NCBI GenBank assembly: GCA_963669175.1 | Contig: OY769902.1 | Coordinates: 1,344,001-1,408,000 of the forward strand | Direction: 5' to 3' | DNA: 64,000 nucleotides | From: a bacterium | Lineage (GTDB): Bacteria; Electryoneota; Electryoneia; Electryoneales; Electryoneaceae | In this document: piece after piece, positions 48,781 to 58,303 of the stretch | Numbering within the stretch: position 1 is the stretch's first letter | Layout: every line of letters begins with the position of its first letter | The notes under the pieces: model-generated | Told to the model about the DNA's origin: nothing | The model's database searches: none | What the model saw: only the letters and a program-made list of their open reading frames with translations | Made by a program: the position numbers and the translations under genes

Positions 48781-48820
48781 GGCGCTGCCGGTCCTCCCAA
48801 CGGCAGCGCCTGGTTTTTTT
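48781..48820 (+). terminator. Rho-independent terminator
   Basis: GGCGCTGCCG/CGGCAGCGCC stem followed by a T run. Confidence 0.75.
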
Positions 48821-48843
48821 ATCCATTGCCTTCCTTAGTCTTG

Positions 48844-49018
48844 CATTATGCAACCCTTGCTTGAGTGATTATTCGTTAGAAATCCTGACATAGCGTACAG
48901 GCCAAACAGACGACCTGTACACTATGCTAAAATAGGGAATCCCTTGCAGGATTCTAAAAATGCGATGTCCACAACCTTTTAACTGATACAGCTTTCAGAA
49001 GATGTGGGTAAGAGACAG
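48844..49018 (-). mobile_element. Partial inverted copy of MITE family B
   Basis: Reverse complement of about 29592-29765, ending AGATGTGGGTAAGAGACAG. Confidence 0.8.
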
Positions 49019-49498
49019 CGCTTACGCACCGCGCTATTCCTGTATCACCTCTTCGAGGTGGACTTGCGCCACCAAAATGTCTGAATCAGGCAATACACAT
49101 ATTGCGTTTGTGTCACCATGTCGCGTACCTACACAAAAGCGCGAAGCACCTCTGGTGGACCGGTTCACATGAATCGAAGTGTTCTGCTTGTCACGGGTGA
49201 GTTGGCTGCAAGGCGATTTCTTGCAGGTGTAACGGGTTTCAGTAAATGAAGTCAACGCAGCAAACAGCCGCCTCGTGACAAGCCCGAAGGGAGAGCGTGC
49301 TTTACCCCATGACTGCGTTCCATTCCTTTGAAATAACCCGCCATGTCTGTGGTCAAGCGCGCAGCTCAGAAAACATCATAGCATGTGCAATGGACCACAA
49401 GTAGGTTTATGCTCAAAAATTATTTATACTTATATGCTGAACATGCAACAACCGGTCTGCTGTTTCACGTAAAGCCAAATGCGAGAGGTTAAGCATAC

Positions 49499-50323
49499 AT
49501 GAAAGAAATTTTATTCCGGTTTTATGGAGAATTGAACGACCTGGCGCCGTCAAGAGACAAAAGCCATGACGGGCCCGTGTGTTGTCGTTTTGACGTGAAT
49601 GTCGTGAATGACGCCATCAAACCGGAAGCTGAACTTGAGATTGACCTGGTAGTTCAGACATCGGTTAAAGATGCCATTGAAGGCCGTGGGGTGCCGCACA
49701 CCGAAGTTGGCAGGATTATAATTGATGGTGAGGAATCAGGTTGGGATACAATTCTCAAGGGCGGTGAGCGTGTTTCTGTGTTCCCCCACGGGTATGGTTT
49801 CTTCGGTGATATAGAGTCGCTGATCTCTGTGCAATATCCTGAAGGTCCGCCTGCATTTCTTGCTGACGAGACAGTAGGCCAATTGGCGAAATACCTTAGA
49901 TTGATCGGGTTCGATACGACATTCGCACATCCAAAACCGTCACCTGATATCCTGGTCGCTCAGAGCAATACTGAACTCAGGGTTCTCCTTACAACCGACC
50001 GAAAACTCCTCATGCACAGCAAACTTGCATGGGGAAAACTGATCTATTCTCGAGAGCCAACCGAACAAGCGATAGAAGTCCTTGAACGATTTGGGCGTGA
50101 GCATGCTGTTCCTTATTCGAGGTGCATGGAGTGTAATACAAAACTAAGGAAATCAGAAGTGGCAGAGCTGGAAAAACTGGCGCCTGAATCGATCCTGAAG
50201 AAGTTTGTGAAAACACCTGAAGTCTTTACCTATTGCAGTACTTGCGACAAACTATACTGGCCAGGCTCGCACACAGAACACATGAATTCACTTTTATCTC
50301 AGTTCGGAGTAGCATTGGGCTGA
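49499..50323 (+). CDS. Ubiquitin-like/Mut7-C RNase domain protein
   Basis: FRFYGELND, KDAIE..GVPHTEV, FLAD...LAKYLRLIGFDT, RCMECN...CSTCDKLYWPGSH. Confidence 0.88.
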   Translation: MKEILFRFYGELNDLAPSRDKSHDGPVCCRFDVNVVNDAIKPEAELEIDLVVQTSVKDAIEGRGVPHTEVGRIIIDGEESGWDTILKGGERVSVFPHGYGFFGDIESLISVQYPEGPPAFLADETVGQLAKYLRLIGFDTTFAHPKPSPDILVAQSNTELRVLLTTDRKLLMHSKLAWGKLIYSREPTEQAIEVLERFGREHAVPYSRCMECNTKLRKSEVAELEKLAPESILKKFVKTPEVFTYCSTCDKLYWPGSHTEHMNSLLSQFGVALG

Positions 50324-50832
50324 AAAAGCCATTAGATTGTTTATTGTCCCCCTGAAGGGATAACATTCTAAAAGAAGGTATCTTGTTGTTTATGAAGGGT
50401 ATAGGTTTAAATGCTTGATAATACAGGCGTGACAGCAACAACGCCAATGATGCTTTGGGGTTGCGAGTGTGGAGGTTTCTGAATATATTTGCTCTACTTT
50501 TCACGAAGTACCTGGAAGCATAGTATTTAGGCCTCACCACGGGGAGACACGGTACGGTTGGAAACAGGAGTAGAAGTGTGGTGAGCATTTTAACTAGGTG
50601 TGTAGCAACAATTTACAGAGCTATTGATGTGGTAAGGGAAACTAGCTGACGTGAGCCGGTGTCAGGTCGGGAGGGTACTCTCTCGATTACACTGGTTTTT
50701 TTTTGTCCGGTTGACCAGTACTGATGGACCAAGGTGAAAAGCAGAGTATAGGGATAAGGCACACGGGCGAAATGTGTGTGCCATGATGCAATGGAAGCCC
50801 TTTGGGCGCTAGAAAGGGGAGGCTACACAACA

Positions 50833-52155
50833 ATGGCCGGATTCGACAAGATAGTCGTGCCGAAAGAAGGCGGAAAGATTACCGTCGTCGACGGGAAGAT
50901 GGTTGTGCCGGACAATCCCATTCTTCCTTTTATTGAAGGCGACGGAATCGGTCGTGACATCTGGAAGGCATCGGTACGTGTGTTTGACGCTGCTGTGAAA
51001 AAGGCGTATGGCGGCAAACGCAAGGTTCACTGGATGGAAGTTTACGCCGGTGAAAAGGCTGTTGAGGTCTATGGTTCGAACACGTGGATGCCGGAAGAGA
51101 CTTTTGACGCAATTAGTGAGTATCTGGTAGCCATCAAGGGCCCCTTGACCACTCCGGTGGGTGGCGGCTTTCGTAGCTTGAATGTTACCCTGCGACAGGT
51201 GTTGAATCTTTACGCCTGCGTGCGTCCATGCAAGTATTTTGAAGGAGTGCCCAGTCCATCTCGCATGGCACATGAGATGGACGTGATCATTTTCCGTGAG
51301 AATACGGAAGATGTGTATTCCGGTGTTGAGTTTGAGAGCGGTTCTGTTGAAGCGACCCGTTTGATCAAGATTTTGAAGGAAGAGTACGGGAAGAAGCAGA
51401 TTCGTGACGATGCTGGTATCGGCATCAAGCCGATCAGTCCTACCGGAACCAAGCAGCTTGCCCGCAAAGCGATACAGTGGGCGATTGACAAGAATCTTCC
51501 GAGTGTTACCCTGATGCACAAGGGTAACATCATGAAGTTTACCGAAGGCATGTTCAAGAATTGGGGCTACGAGGTTGCGGTTGAAGAATACCGTGATCAT
51601 GTCATCACAGAGGCTGAACTCTGGGATGAGACAGTAGCTGAAGACGGCGTGACTCCGATTCAGGCTCCCGGCAAGTATGCGGATCTTCGTGGCGGAAAGC
51701 CTGCGGGTGATCCCAATGGTCGCATAGTTGTGAAAGACCGTATTGCGGACAGCATGTTCCAGCAGATCCAGACTCGTCCGGGTGAGTATTCTGTGATCTG
51801 CACGCCGAACTTGAATGGTGACTTCATCAGTGACGCAGCCGCAGCGCTTGTTGGTGGCCTGGGGCTGGCGGCTGGCGCCAATATCGGCGATTACGTCGGC
51901 TTGTTTGAAGCAACTCATGGCACCGCGCCGAAGTACGCGGACAAGGACGTCATCAACCCGAGTTCTGTGATGTTGTCGGGCAAGATGATGTTTGATTACA
52001 TGGGTTGGGATGAAGTCGGCACGATTCTTCAGGATGCGATCCAGAAGACGATCCTCCAGAAGCGAGTTACCTATGACTTGCACCGGTTGATGGAAGGGGC
52101 GACAAAGCTGAAAACCTCTGAATACGCCTCTGCAATCATCGAAAATATGGGCTGA
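50833..52155 (+). CDS. icd: NADP-dependent isocitrate dehydrogenase
   Basis: [55 protein letters not shown] before ATG 50833. Confidence 0.96.
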   Translation: MAGFDKIVVPKEGGKITVVDGKMVVPDNPILPFIEGDGIGRDIWKASVRVFDAAVKKAYGGKRKVHWMEVYAGEKAVEVYGSNTWMPEETFDAISEYLVAIKGPLTTPVGGGFRSLNVTLRQVLNLYACVRPCKYFEGVPSPSRMAHEMDVIIFRENTEDVYSGVEFESGSVEATRLIKILKEEYGKKQIRDDAGIGIKPISPTGTKQLARKAIQWAIDKNLPSVTLMHKGNIMKFTEGMFKNWGYEVAVEEYRDHVITEAELWDETVAEDGVTPIQAPGKYADLRGGKPAGDPNGRIVVKDRIADSMFQQIQTRPGEYSVICTPNLNGDFISDAAAALVGGLGLAAGANIGDYVGLFEATHGTAPKYADKDVINPSSVMLSGKMMFDYMGWDEVGTILQDAIQKTILQKRVTYDLHRLMEGATKLKTSEYASAIIENMG

Positions 52156-52165
52156 AGATAAAGTT

Positions 52166-52204
52166 GCGGGATGATGCGATTATTTCGCATCATCCCGCTT
52201 TTTT
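52166..52204 (+). terminator. Rho-independent terminator after icd
   Basis: GCGGGATGATGCGA/TCGCATCATCCCGC followed by a T run. Confidence 0.85.
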
Positions 52205-52388
52205 CGTTGTTGGTCCGGAAACTTGGCAGGTTGCTTTTTCCAGAAACGAGAAAAAGTGAAAACCTAGATTGTCAAGGTGTTACCGGACTGAGAAATCTGG
52301 TGGGCGATTGTTAGGATTTTGCTTGCATTTGCTTGCGAGTCATGCAGGCCATGCCCTACCTTGTCGCCACAGATTTTGACCAACCTGG

Positions 52389-55300
52389 ATGGAGGTGCGT
52401 ATGCGATCCTGGCGCGTACGTGATTGGAAGTTTTTGCTTACAGTGGTTGGGGTATGTATTCTCCTGCCTATTGTTGCACTCGCGCAAACCGGTAAGATCA
52501 AGGGATCGGTGGTAGACAAGGACACGGGTGAACCGATTATCGGCGCTAACGTGCTGATTGAGGGAACTACTCGTGGCGCTGCTACTGACCTTGACGGTGT
52601 TTTCTTCATTATCGGTGTTGGACCTGGCAAGTACACGATTAAAGCCTCATCGGTCGGGTATCATGAGATGACCTATGAGGAAGTGGAAGTCAACATCGAC
52701 AGAACCACTACCCTCGAGTTCAAGCTGACCCCAAGTACGATGAAGCTGGAAGAAGTTGTCGTCACGTATGAGAAACCGGTTGTAGAACTGGGGACGACTT
52801 CGAGTGTGACTCGTATTACGGGTGAATCCCTGCAAACCAGTGCGGTTGAAGATGTATCCGCTGTGCTGGAATCCATGCCGGGTTTCAAGCTGGACGAGGA
52901 AGGCAAGATCCACATTCGTGGTGGCCGTAACTCGGAAGCGCGATTTGTGGTTGACGGTATTGACAGCCGTGACCCGATCACCGGTGAAGTTCTGCCGATT
53001 AACCTGAATGCGGTAAACATTCAGGAAATCCAGATTCTTACCGGTGGTATGTCGGCGGAGTATGGTCAGGCGATGTCCGGTATCGTGAATATCACCACGC
53101 CGGAAGGTCAGCCGGACCGTTACAATGGTAGCGTTGAGTGGAGCCAGGATCATCTGTTCGATGACGAGAGCTTTAACCAGGATAAAGCCAATGCCTCCTT
53201 CGGAGGTCCGCTGCCATTAACCAAGAAGGTCTTTGGCCGTCCGATTACCTTCTATCTCACGGCCAACATGAACCTGACCGACACCTATACGCCACTGGGT
53301 GTGGAATACAATGCAAACGACTATGCCGGTTTCGGCTTCAATGTCCCCCAGCGTCAATACAACGACTGGTCGACATCGATGAAGTTCGCCCTGGAAATGG
53401 GCAATGGTCGTAAGATGTCGTGTTACTACAGCACACGTTCCCGTGTCTGGGATCTGTACCCGGTAGGCTACGGCGATGGCACCGTTCCCGGTTCCTTCAC
53501 GTGGCGTTACCTGTACGACTTGGAAAATCGTCCGACGGCGCAGGATCGTCGTAGCGCTATTAACATTGAGTATACGCACCAGGTCAGCAGTAAAACGCTG
53601 TACAAGTTTACCGTAGGCCGGCAGGTGCTGAACGCCAGTTGCACACCAGGAAACAAGACACCGGGCGAGTTCACGCTGGCGGATGAAGTGGAAGAGTTTG
53701 AAGCGTCCGGTGTTGACCAGAACAACAACGGTGTCTGGGACCAGGATGCTGACAATGACGGCATCGTGCATAGCGACACCTATGACGAGCTGGCCATTGA
53801 CGAGGATGGAAATAACTACACCGATGGTTATTTCGATTCCAACTACAACGACATCTACGATGGCGGTGGCGAAGGGTACGAAGACCTCAACATGAACGGT
53901 CGCTGGGATCCAGGCGAAGACTGGATCGACCTGAATGCGGACGGGGTCTACGATTATGCTGAACCCTGGACGGATCGTGCTGACCCGGTCACCGGCGCAA
54001 ACAATATCGGCGTCTGGGATCCCTGGGATCCTTACGTGGACCTGAACGGTAACGGCACCTGGGATCCGGCGGAACCGCAGCTTCCCGAACAGGATACCAA
54101 CGGCAATGGCCGCTGGGATGGTGAACGCTACCAGGATGCGAATGGCAACGGCGCCTTTGATCGCTGGGAAGCATTCACCGACTTGAACGGTGACGGCGTC
54201 TGGCAACAGGGTGAACCATTTGTCGACCTCAATGGTAACGGCATTCAGGATGATGGTGAAGGGTACGACGACAGCAACCTGAACGGCGAGATGGATCAGC
54301 AGGATCTCGTACCGATCAGCAACGGGTTGCCGGAAGATGATCCCGAACCGTTCTGGGATGGCGACCTTTATTATGATACAGGTGAACCGTTCATCGACCT
54401 TCCCGACCCGGTCACCGGTCTGTACAACGGCTATTGGGACCAGGGCGAACCTTTCTGGGATCTGCCTTCCTCAAACTCCGGCGCCCAGTTGGCCAGTATT
54501 ATCGGTTTCAACACTGAAATTCAGGGCGATCAGCAGTGGACAACCCCGACCCTGAACGGTCAGTACGATGCGCCGAACAACTACTTCGACGAGTACGAAC
54601 TCTTCACCTTCTTCAGCGGTGACAAGAGCTACCCGATCGGGTACACATGGAATCCGGACAACCACGGTTCAGAATGGGTATACACGGACTTCTACCAGTA
54701 CAATCCGAATCGCAGTACCTGGACAAACCGTACCCTGCATGATACGGACAACCCTTCCTTCGACGTACCGAACTTCCAGTACGATGAAGGCGAAGAAAAA
54801 TACATCGACTATAACGGCAATGGTGAATGGAACGGTGTTGATCTGTTCCTCAACCCGGGTCGTTGGGATAACGCTGCTGTCTGGTCAAAGCGCCGTACGG
54901 AAGAGTACAGCTTTGACTTCTCGTGGCAAAGCCAGGTGCATGAATTCCACGAAGTGAAAGCCGGTCTGGAAGGCAAGCACTATATCATGAGCAACCAGTA
55001 CATCTCCAACCCGGATCAGTTGTACACCGGTGAAGCAAATGTATCCTCAAGCGAACCCTGGCCCGAAAGAGGCTCTGTACGCGACTTCTGGGAATACCGT
55101 CCCTGGGAAGGCGCGGCCTACGTGCAGGACAAGATGGAATTTGAGGGACTGATTGTTCAGGCTGGTTTACGTACTGACTTTGTTGTTCACGATGACAAGG
55201 TTGTAGAAGAGCAGCGTCGTCGTTACGAAGCTGGTGAACCTGGCGCAGTCGAAGCAGATCGTTCACAGTTCCAGTTTGCGCCACGTTTGGGTATCAGTCA

Positions 55301-56228
55301 CCCGATCACGGCGCAGAGCAAGCTGTACTTTAACTACGGTCACTTCTACCAGCGTCCGGCGTTTACCTACTTCTACAAAGCGACAACGACAAACCTGGAC
55401 CAGGGGACGGTTGGTAACCCGAACCTGAAGTTTGAAAAGACCGTTACCTATGAATTGGGTGTTCACACCCAGCTCACATCAGACCTGTCAGTTCAGATCG
55501 CCGGTTACTATCGTGACATTTACGATATGATTTCGACGGTTGCTGAGACAGATGGTCCGGTAACAATTTACAAGTACATCAACCTTGACTATGGTCGTGC
55601 ACGTGGTCTGGAAGTAAAACTGGAAAAGAAGTTCAGCGCGCACTGGCAGGCCAGTTTCAACTATGACTTCTCGTACGCATATGGGAAGGCATCAGGCGCC
55701 AACGATGAATTCGAACGTCGTTCGCTGAATGTTCCGGTAAACTACGATGAGCATCCGCTGAACTGGGATGAAACCCACCGGATTACAGCGAATGCCGCGT
55801 TGATGTACCAGAAAGATGATCATCCCTACCTGTTTGGTTTCCGGTTGCCCGATTACTGGCTGATGAGTGTCAACTGGCAGTTTGGTTCCGGACGTCCGTA
55901 TACCCCGTCAGAGTACACCACGGGAATCGATGCGAACCTGATTCTCCAGAACTCTGAAAGAATGCCCTGGACAGAAGAAACGACGTTGCGTTTTGAAAAG
56001 TACTTCGACATCGGTTCTGTCAAGACCATTTGGGGTATTACGATCAACAACCTGTGGGATAAAAAGAACTGGAACAGTGTCTACACGGAGACTGGTAGTC
56101 CGATCTACGCGATTCACCCGCTGAATCCGGACTACAACCCGTTCTTGAATCGTTACGAATATGACGCTAACCCGCGTAACTACGGTTCCGGGCGTCAGAT
56201 TCTTCTCAAAGTCGGTATTGAGTACTAA
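52389..56228 (+). CDS. TonB-dependent receptor-like protein with large acidic insertion
   Basis: Signal peptide, carboxypeptidase-regulatory-like domain (GKIKG.V.D..TGEP..GANV), plug (HIRGGR..E, GGMSAEYG.A.SG), barrel (PRLGISHP, GNPNL..EKT..YE), terminal Y. Confidence 0.9.
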   Translation: MEVRMRSWRVRDWKFLLTVVGVCILLPIVALAQTGKIKGSVVDKDTGEPIIGANVLIEGTTRGAATDLDGVFFIIGVGPGKYTIKASSVGYHEMTYEEVEVNIDRTTTLEFKLTPSTMKLEEVVVTYEKPVVELGTTSSVTRITGESLQTSAVEDVSAVLESMPGFKLDEEGKIHIRGGRNSEARFVVDGIDSRDPITGEVLPINLNAVNIQEIQILTGGMSAEYGQAMSGIVNITTPEGQPDRYNGSVEWSQDHLFDDESFNQDKANASFGGPLPLTKKVFGRPITFYLTANMNLTDTYTPLGVEYNANDYAGFGFNVPQRQYNDWSTSMKFALEMGNGRKMSCYYSTRSRVWDLYPVGYGDGTVPGSFTWRYLYDLENRPTAQDRRSAINIEYTHQVSSKTLYKFTVGRQVLNASCTPGNKTPGEFTLADEVEEFEASGVDQNNNGVWDQDADNDGIVHSDTYDELAIDEDGNNYTDGYFDSNYNDIYDGGGEGYEDLNMNGRWDPGEDWIDLNADGVYDYAEPWTDRADPVTGANNIGVWDPWDPYVDLNGNGTWDPAEPQLPEQDTNGNGRWDGERYQDANGNGAFDRWEAFTDLNGDGVWQQGEPFVDLNGNGIQDDGEGYDDSNLNGEMDQQDLVPISNGLPEDDPEPFWDGDLYYDTGEPFIDLPDPVTGLYNGYWDQGEPFWDLPSSNSGAQLASIIGFNTEIQGDQQWTTPTLNGQYDAPNNYFDEYELFTFFSGDKSYPIGYTWNPDNHGSEWVYTDFYQYNPNRSTWTNRTLHDTDNPSFDVPNFQYDEGEEKYIDYNGNGEWNGVDLFLNPGRWDNAAVWSKRRTEEYSFDFSWQSQVHEFHEVKAGLEGKHYIMSNQYISNPDQLYTGEANVSSSEPWPERGSVRDFWEYRPWEGAAYVQDKMEFEGLIVQAGLRTDFVVHDDKVVEEQRRRYEAGEPGAVEADRSQFQFAPRLGISHPITAQSKLYFNYGHFYQRPAFTYFYKATTTNLDQGTVGNPNLKFEKTVTYELGVHTQLTSDLSVQIAGYYRDIYDMISTVAETDGPVTIYKYINLDYGRARGLEVKLEKKFSAHWQASFNYDFSYAYGKASGANDEFERRSLNVPVNYDEHPLNWDETHRITANAALMYQKDDHPYLFGFRLPDYWLMSVNWQFGSGRPYTPSEYTTGIDANLILQNSERMPWTEETTLRFEKYFDIGSVKTIWGITINNLWDKKNWNSVYTETGSPIYAIHPLNPDYNPFLNRYEYDANPRNYGSGRQILLKVGIEY

Positions 56229-56243
56229 GGACAGGGGGCTGAC

Positions 56244-58253
56244 GTGGCAAAGCGTTTCTTAACCCTGACTGTCAGTGCAGTCATAGTATTGATGGCCCTT
56301 GGGCTGATGATCGGGTGTGATGATGATGATGACGGTGGCACCAGCGGACCTTCTGGGACACCGATCAATGGCGATCTTACCGGGACACTGGGAACCGGCG
56401 GGAGTCCATACCTGTTGAACGGTGATGCCGTTGTGCCGGATGGACAAAGCCTGACCATCGAACCGGGTGTCATTATCCGGGCAATTGACGGCTATTCCAT
56501 TACTGTCAATGGCCTGCTTGATGCACGCGGCACCGAAGATGCCCTGATCCGGTTCACTTCTGCTGAATCTCCCAAGCAGAAAGGCGACTGGGGCGGTATT
56601 TACTTCGTTGAAGCGGATGGAAACTCGGTGATGGAGTATTGCTGGGTGTCCTATGCGAACAAGTACGATATTGTTGACGACACGACCCGTGCCTATGATG
56701 ATCTGGGCAACCCGAGTATCGACAGGGTCTTATATCGTGGCGCAATTACAGCGTACAACTGTTCGCCGACAATCTCTCGCTGTATTGTTGACAACGCCGG
56801 GTACGACGGTATTCACATTGTCGGTGATGCAAGCCCGGTTGTCCAGTTCAATACACTGGCGTTGAACGCATTTAACGGTATGCGTATTGAGCCTGATTGG
56901 CTGGTTGATCAGTCGGTATACGGTTATCCGATGATCCACAACAATATCATTGTACAGAACGAAGACGCCGGTATTCGTGCGCCAAGCCTGTACGATGCGT
57001 ATATGGACAACGCGTGGATCGGTGATAATTTCTCTTACAACGACATCTACAACAACAAGTCCCCGAATTATCTTCCGTTGAAACTCGGTGAACTGGTTTC
57101 GAATGATGTTCACCTTGACCCGATGTTTGTCGACATCTCCAACGAAGATTATACCCTGCATCCTTGCAGCGGTGCGCTTGATAAGGGAACTCCGGTAGCT
57201 TCGTATAGCACTGACCCGGATGGCACCTTGCCTGATATGGGTGTTTTCCCGCATTACCAGGCGGAGAACGAACTCGCACACACCTTGATTGGCGATCGTC
57301 TTCACCTGACGACCGATTTTGAGTATTACCTGGTTACCTGTGATGTGGAAGTAGCCGAAGGCACGACACTCACGATCGACCCGGGTGTCACAATACTCTT
57401 CGCCGAACCTTTCTCGTTTGTGATCAAGGGCGAGATTCAGGCGAGCGGCACAGCTTCACAGCCGATTCTTTTCTCTTCGTATAGTGAAGAGCCGACACGC
57501 CTGGACTGGAACAACATCCTGTTTGATGGCGCTTCCAACAACAGCGTGATGGAACACGTGATCGTGGAATATGCGTCTGTCGATGATGTGGCAGAACCAT
57601 ATTACATTGGTGCGATTTCCATTGCCGGTTGTTCCCCGACCCTGCGCAATATTGAAGTTCGTATGTGTTACAACACAGCGATTTTCTGCGACGACGGCGC
57701 TTCTCCGTTGCTGGAGAATATCAACATCAACAATGTGGGCATGTACGGCATTTACTGCGCCAAGAACAGCGGTCCCCATATTCAGGGTGTTGAGATCAGC
57801 ACAGTTCAGGGATATGGTATTTACTGCTGGCGCAACAGTTCACCGCAGATCAACAATGTCCTGATCCACAACGTGAATGTGTCGGGGATTGTGCTGGAGC
57901 AGGCTTGCAGTCCAACCATTTCAAACGTGACAGTTTACCAGCCGTACAACAACGGTATCCGGATAAAAGGCAACAGCATGCCGATCGTAACCAACAGCAT
58001 TTTCGCCGAGTACGGTGAATATGGCGCCAAGGCGGAGATTTCTTCGCTTGGCTCGTTTGATTACGTCTGCCTGTATTCCGCGACTGGTGAGGAGACGGTT
58101 GGAAATATTTCCCTCGCTAACCTCTTCGAAGCGGATCCCCGGTTTACGGATCCCGAGAATGGCGATTTCCATCTCACATCCTCCAGTCCCTTGAAGAATG
58201 CCGGAAGTGACGGCACTGATATTGGGGCGTTCGGCGGTAGCTTTAGCTGGTAA
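56244..58253 (+). CDS. Lipoprotein with two right-handed beta-helix modules
   Basis: Lipobox MIGC; SPY...LTIEPG and LTIDPG modules; GDFHL..SSP...G.DIGA. Confidence 0.85.
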   Translation: MAKRFLTLTVSAVIVLMALGLMIGCDDDDDGGTSGPSGTPINGDLTGTLGTGGSPYLLNGDAVVPDGQSLTIEPGVIIRAIDGYSITVNGLLDARGTEDALIRFTSAESPKQKGDWGGIYFVEADGNSVMEYCWVSYANKYDIVDDTTRAYDDLGNPSIDRVLYRGAITAYNCSPTISRCIVDNAGYDGIHIVGDASPVVQFNTLALNAFNGMRIEPDWLVDQSVYGYPMIHNNIIVQNEDAGIRAPSLYDAYMDNAWIGDNFSYNDIYNNKSPNYLPLKLGELVSNDVHLDPMFVDISNEDYTLHPCSGALDKGTPVASYSTDPDGTLPDMGVFPHYQAENELAHTLIGDRLHLTTDFEYYLVTCDVEVAEGTTLTIDPGVTILFAEPFSFVIKGEIQASGTASQPILFSSYSEEPTRLDWNNILFDGASNNSVMEHVIVEYASVDDVAEPYYIGAISIAGCSPTLRNIEVRMCYNTAIFCDDGASPLLENININNVGMYGIYCAKNSGPHIQGVEISTVQGYGIYCWRNSSPQINNVLIHNVNVSGIVLEQACSPTISNVTVYQPYNNGIRIKGNSMPIVTNSIFAEYGEYGAKAEISSLGSFDYVCLYSATGEETVGNISLANLFEADPRFTDPENGDFHLTSSSPLKNAGSDGTDIGAFGGSFSW

Positions 58254-58303
58254 AAAGTCAACGGCTCGTTGTAAATAGAGCAACATAGACGGACGGTGTA
58301 CGG

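Noticed and set aside
50640-50704. SRP RNA
   Set aside because: GTCAGG is present but the GGAA loop/AGCAG domain IV motif is missing; it looks like a terminator hairpin.
50809-52083. 424-aa minus-strand ORF
   Set aside because: Antisense shadow of icd.
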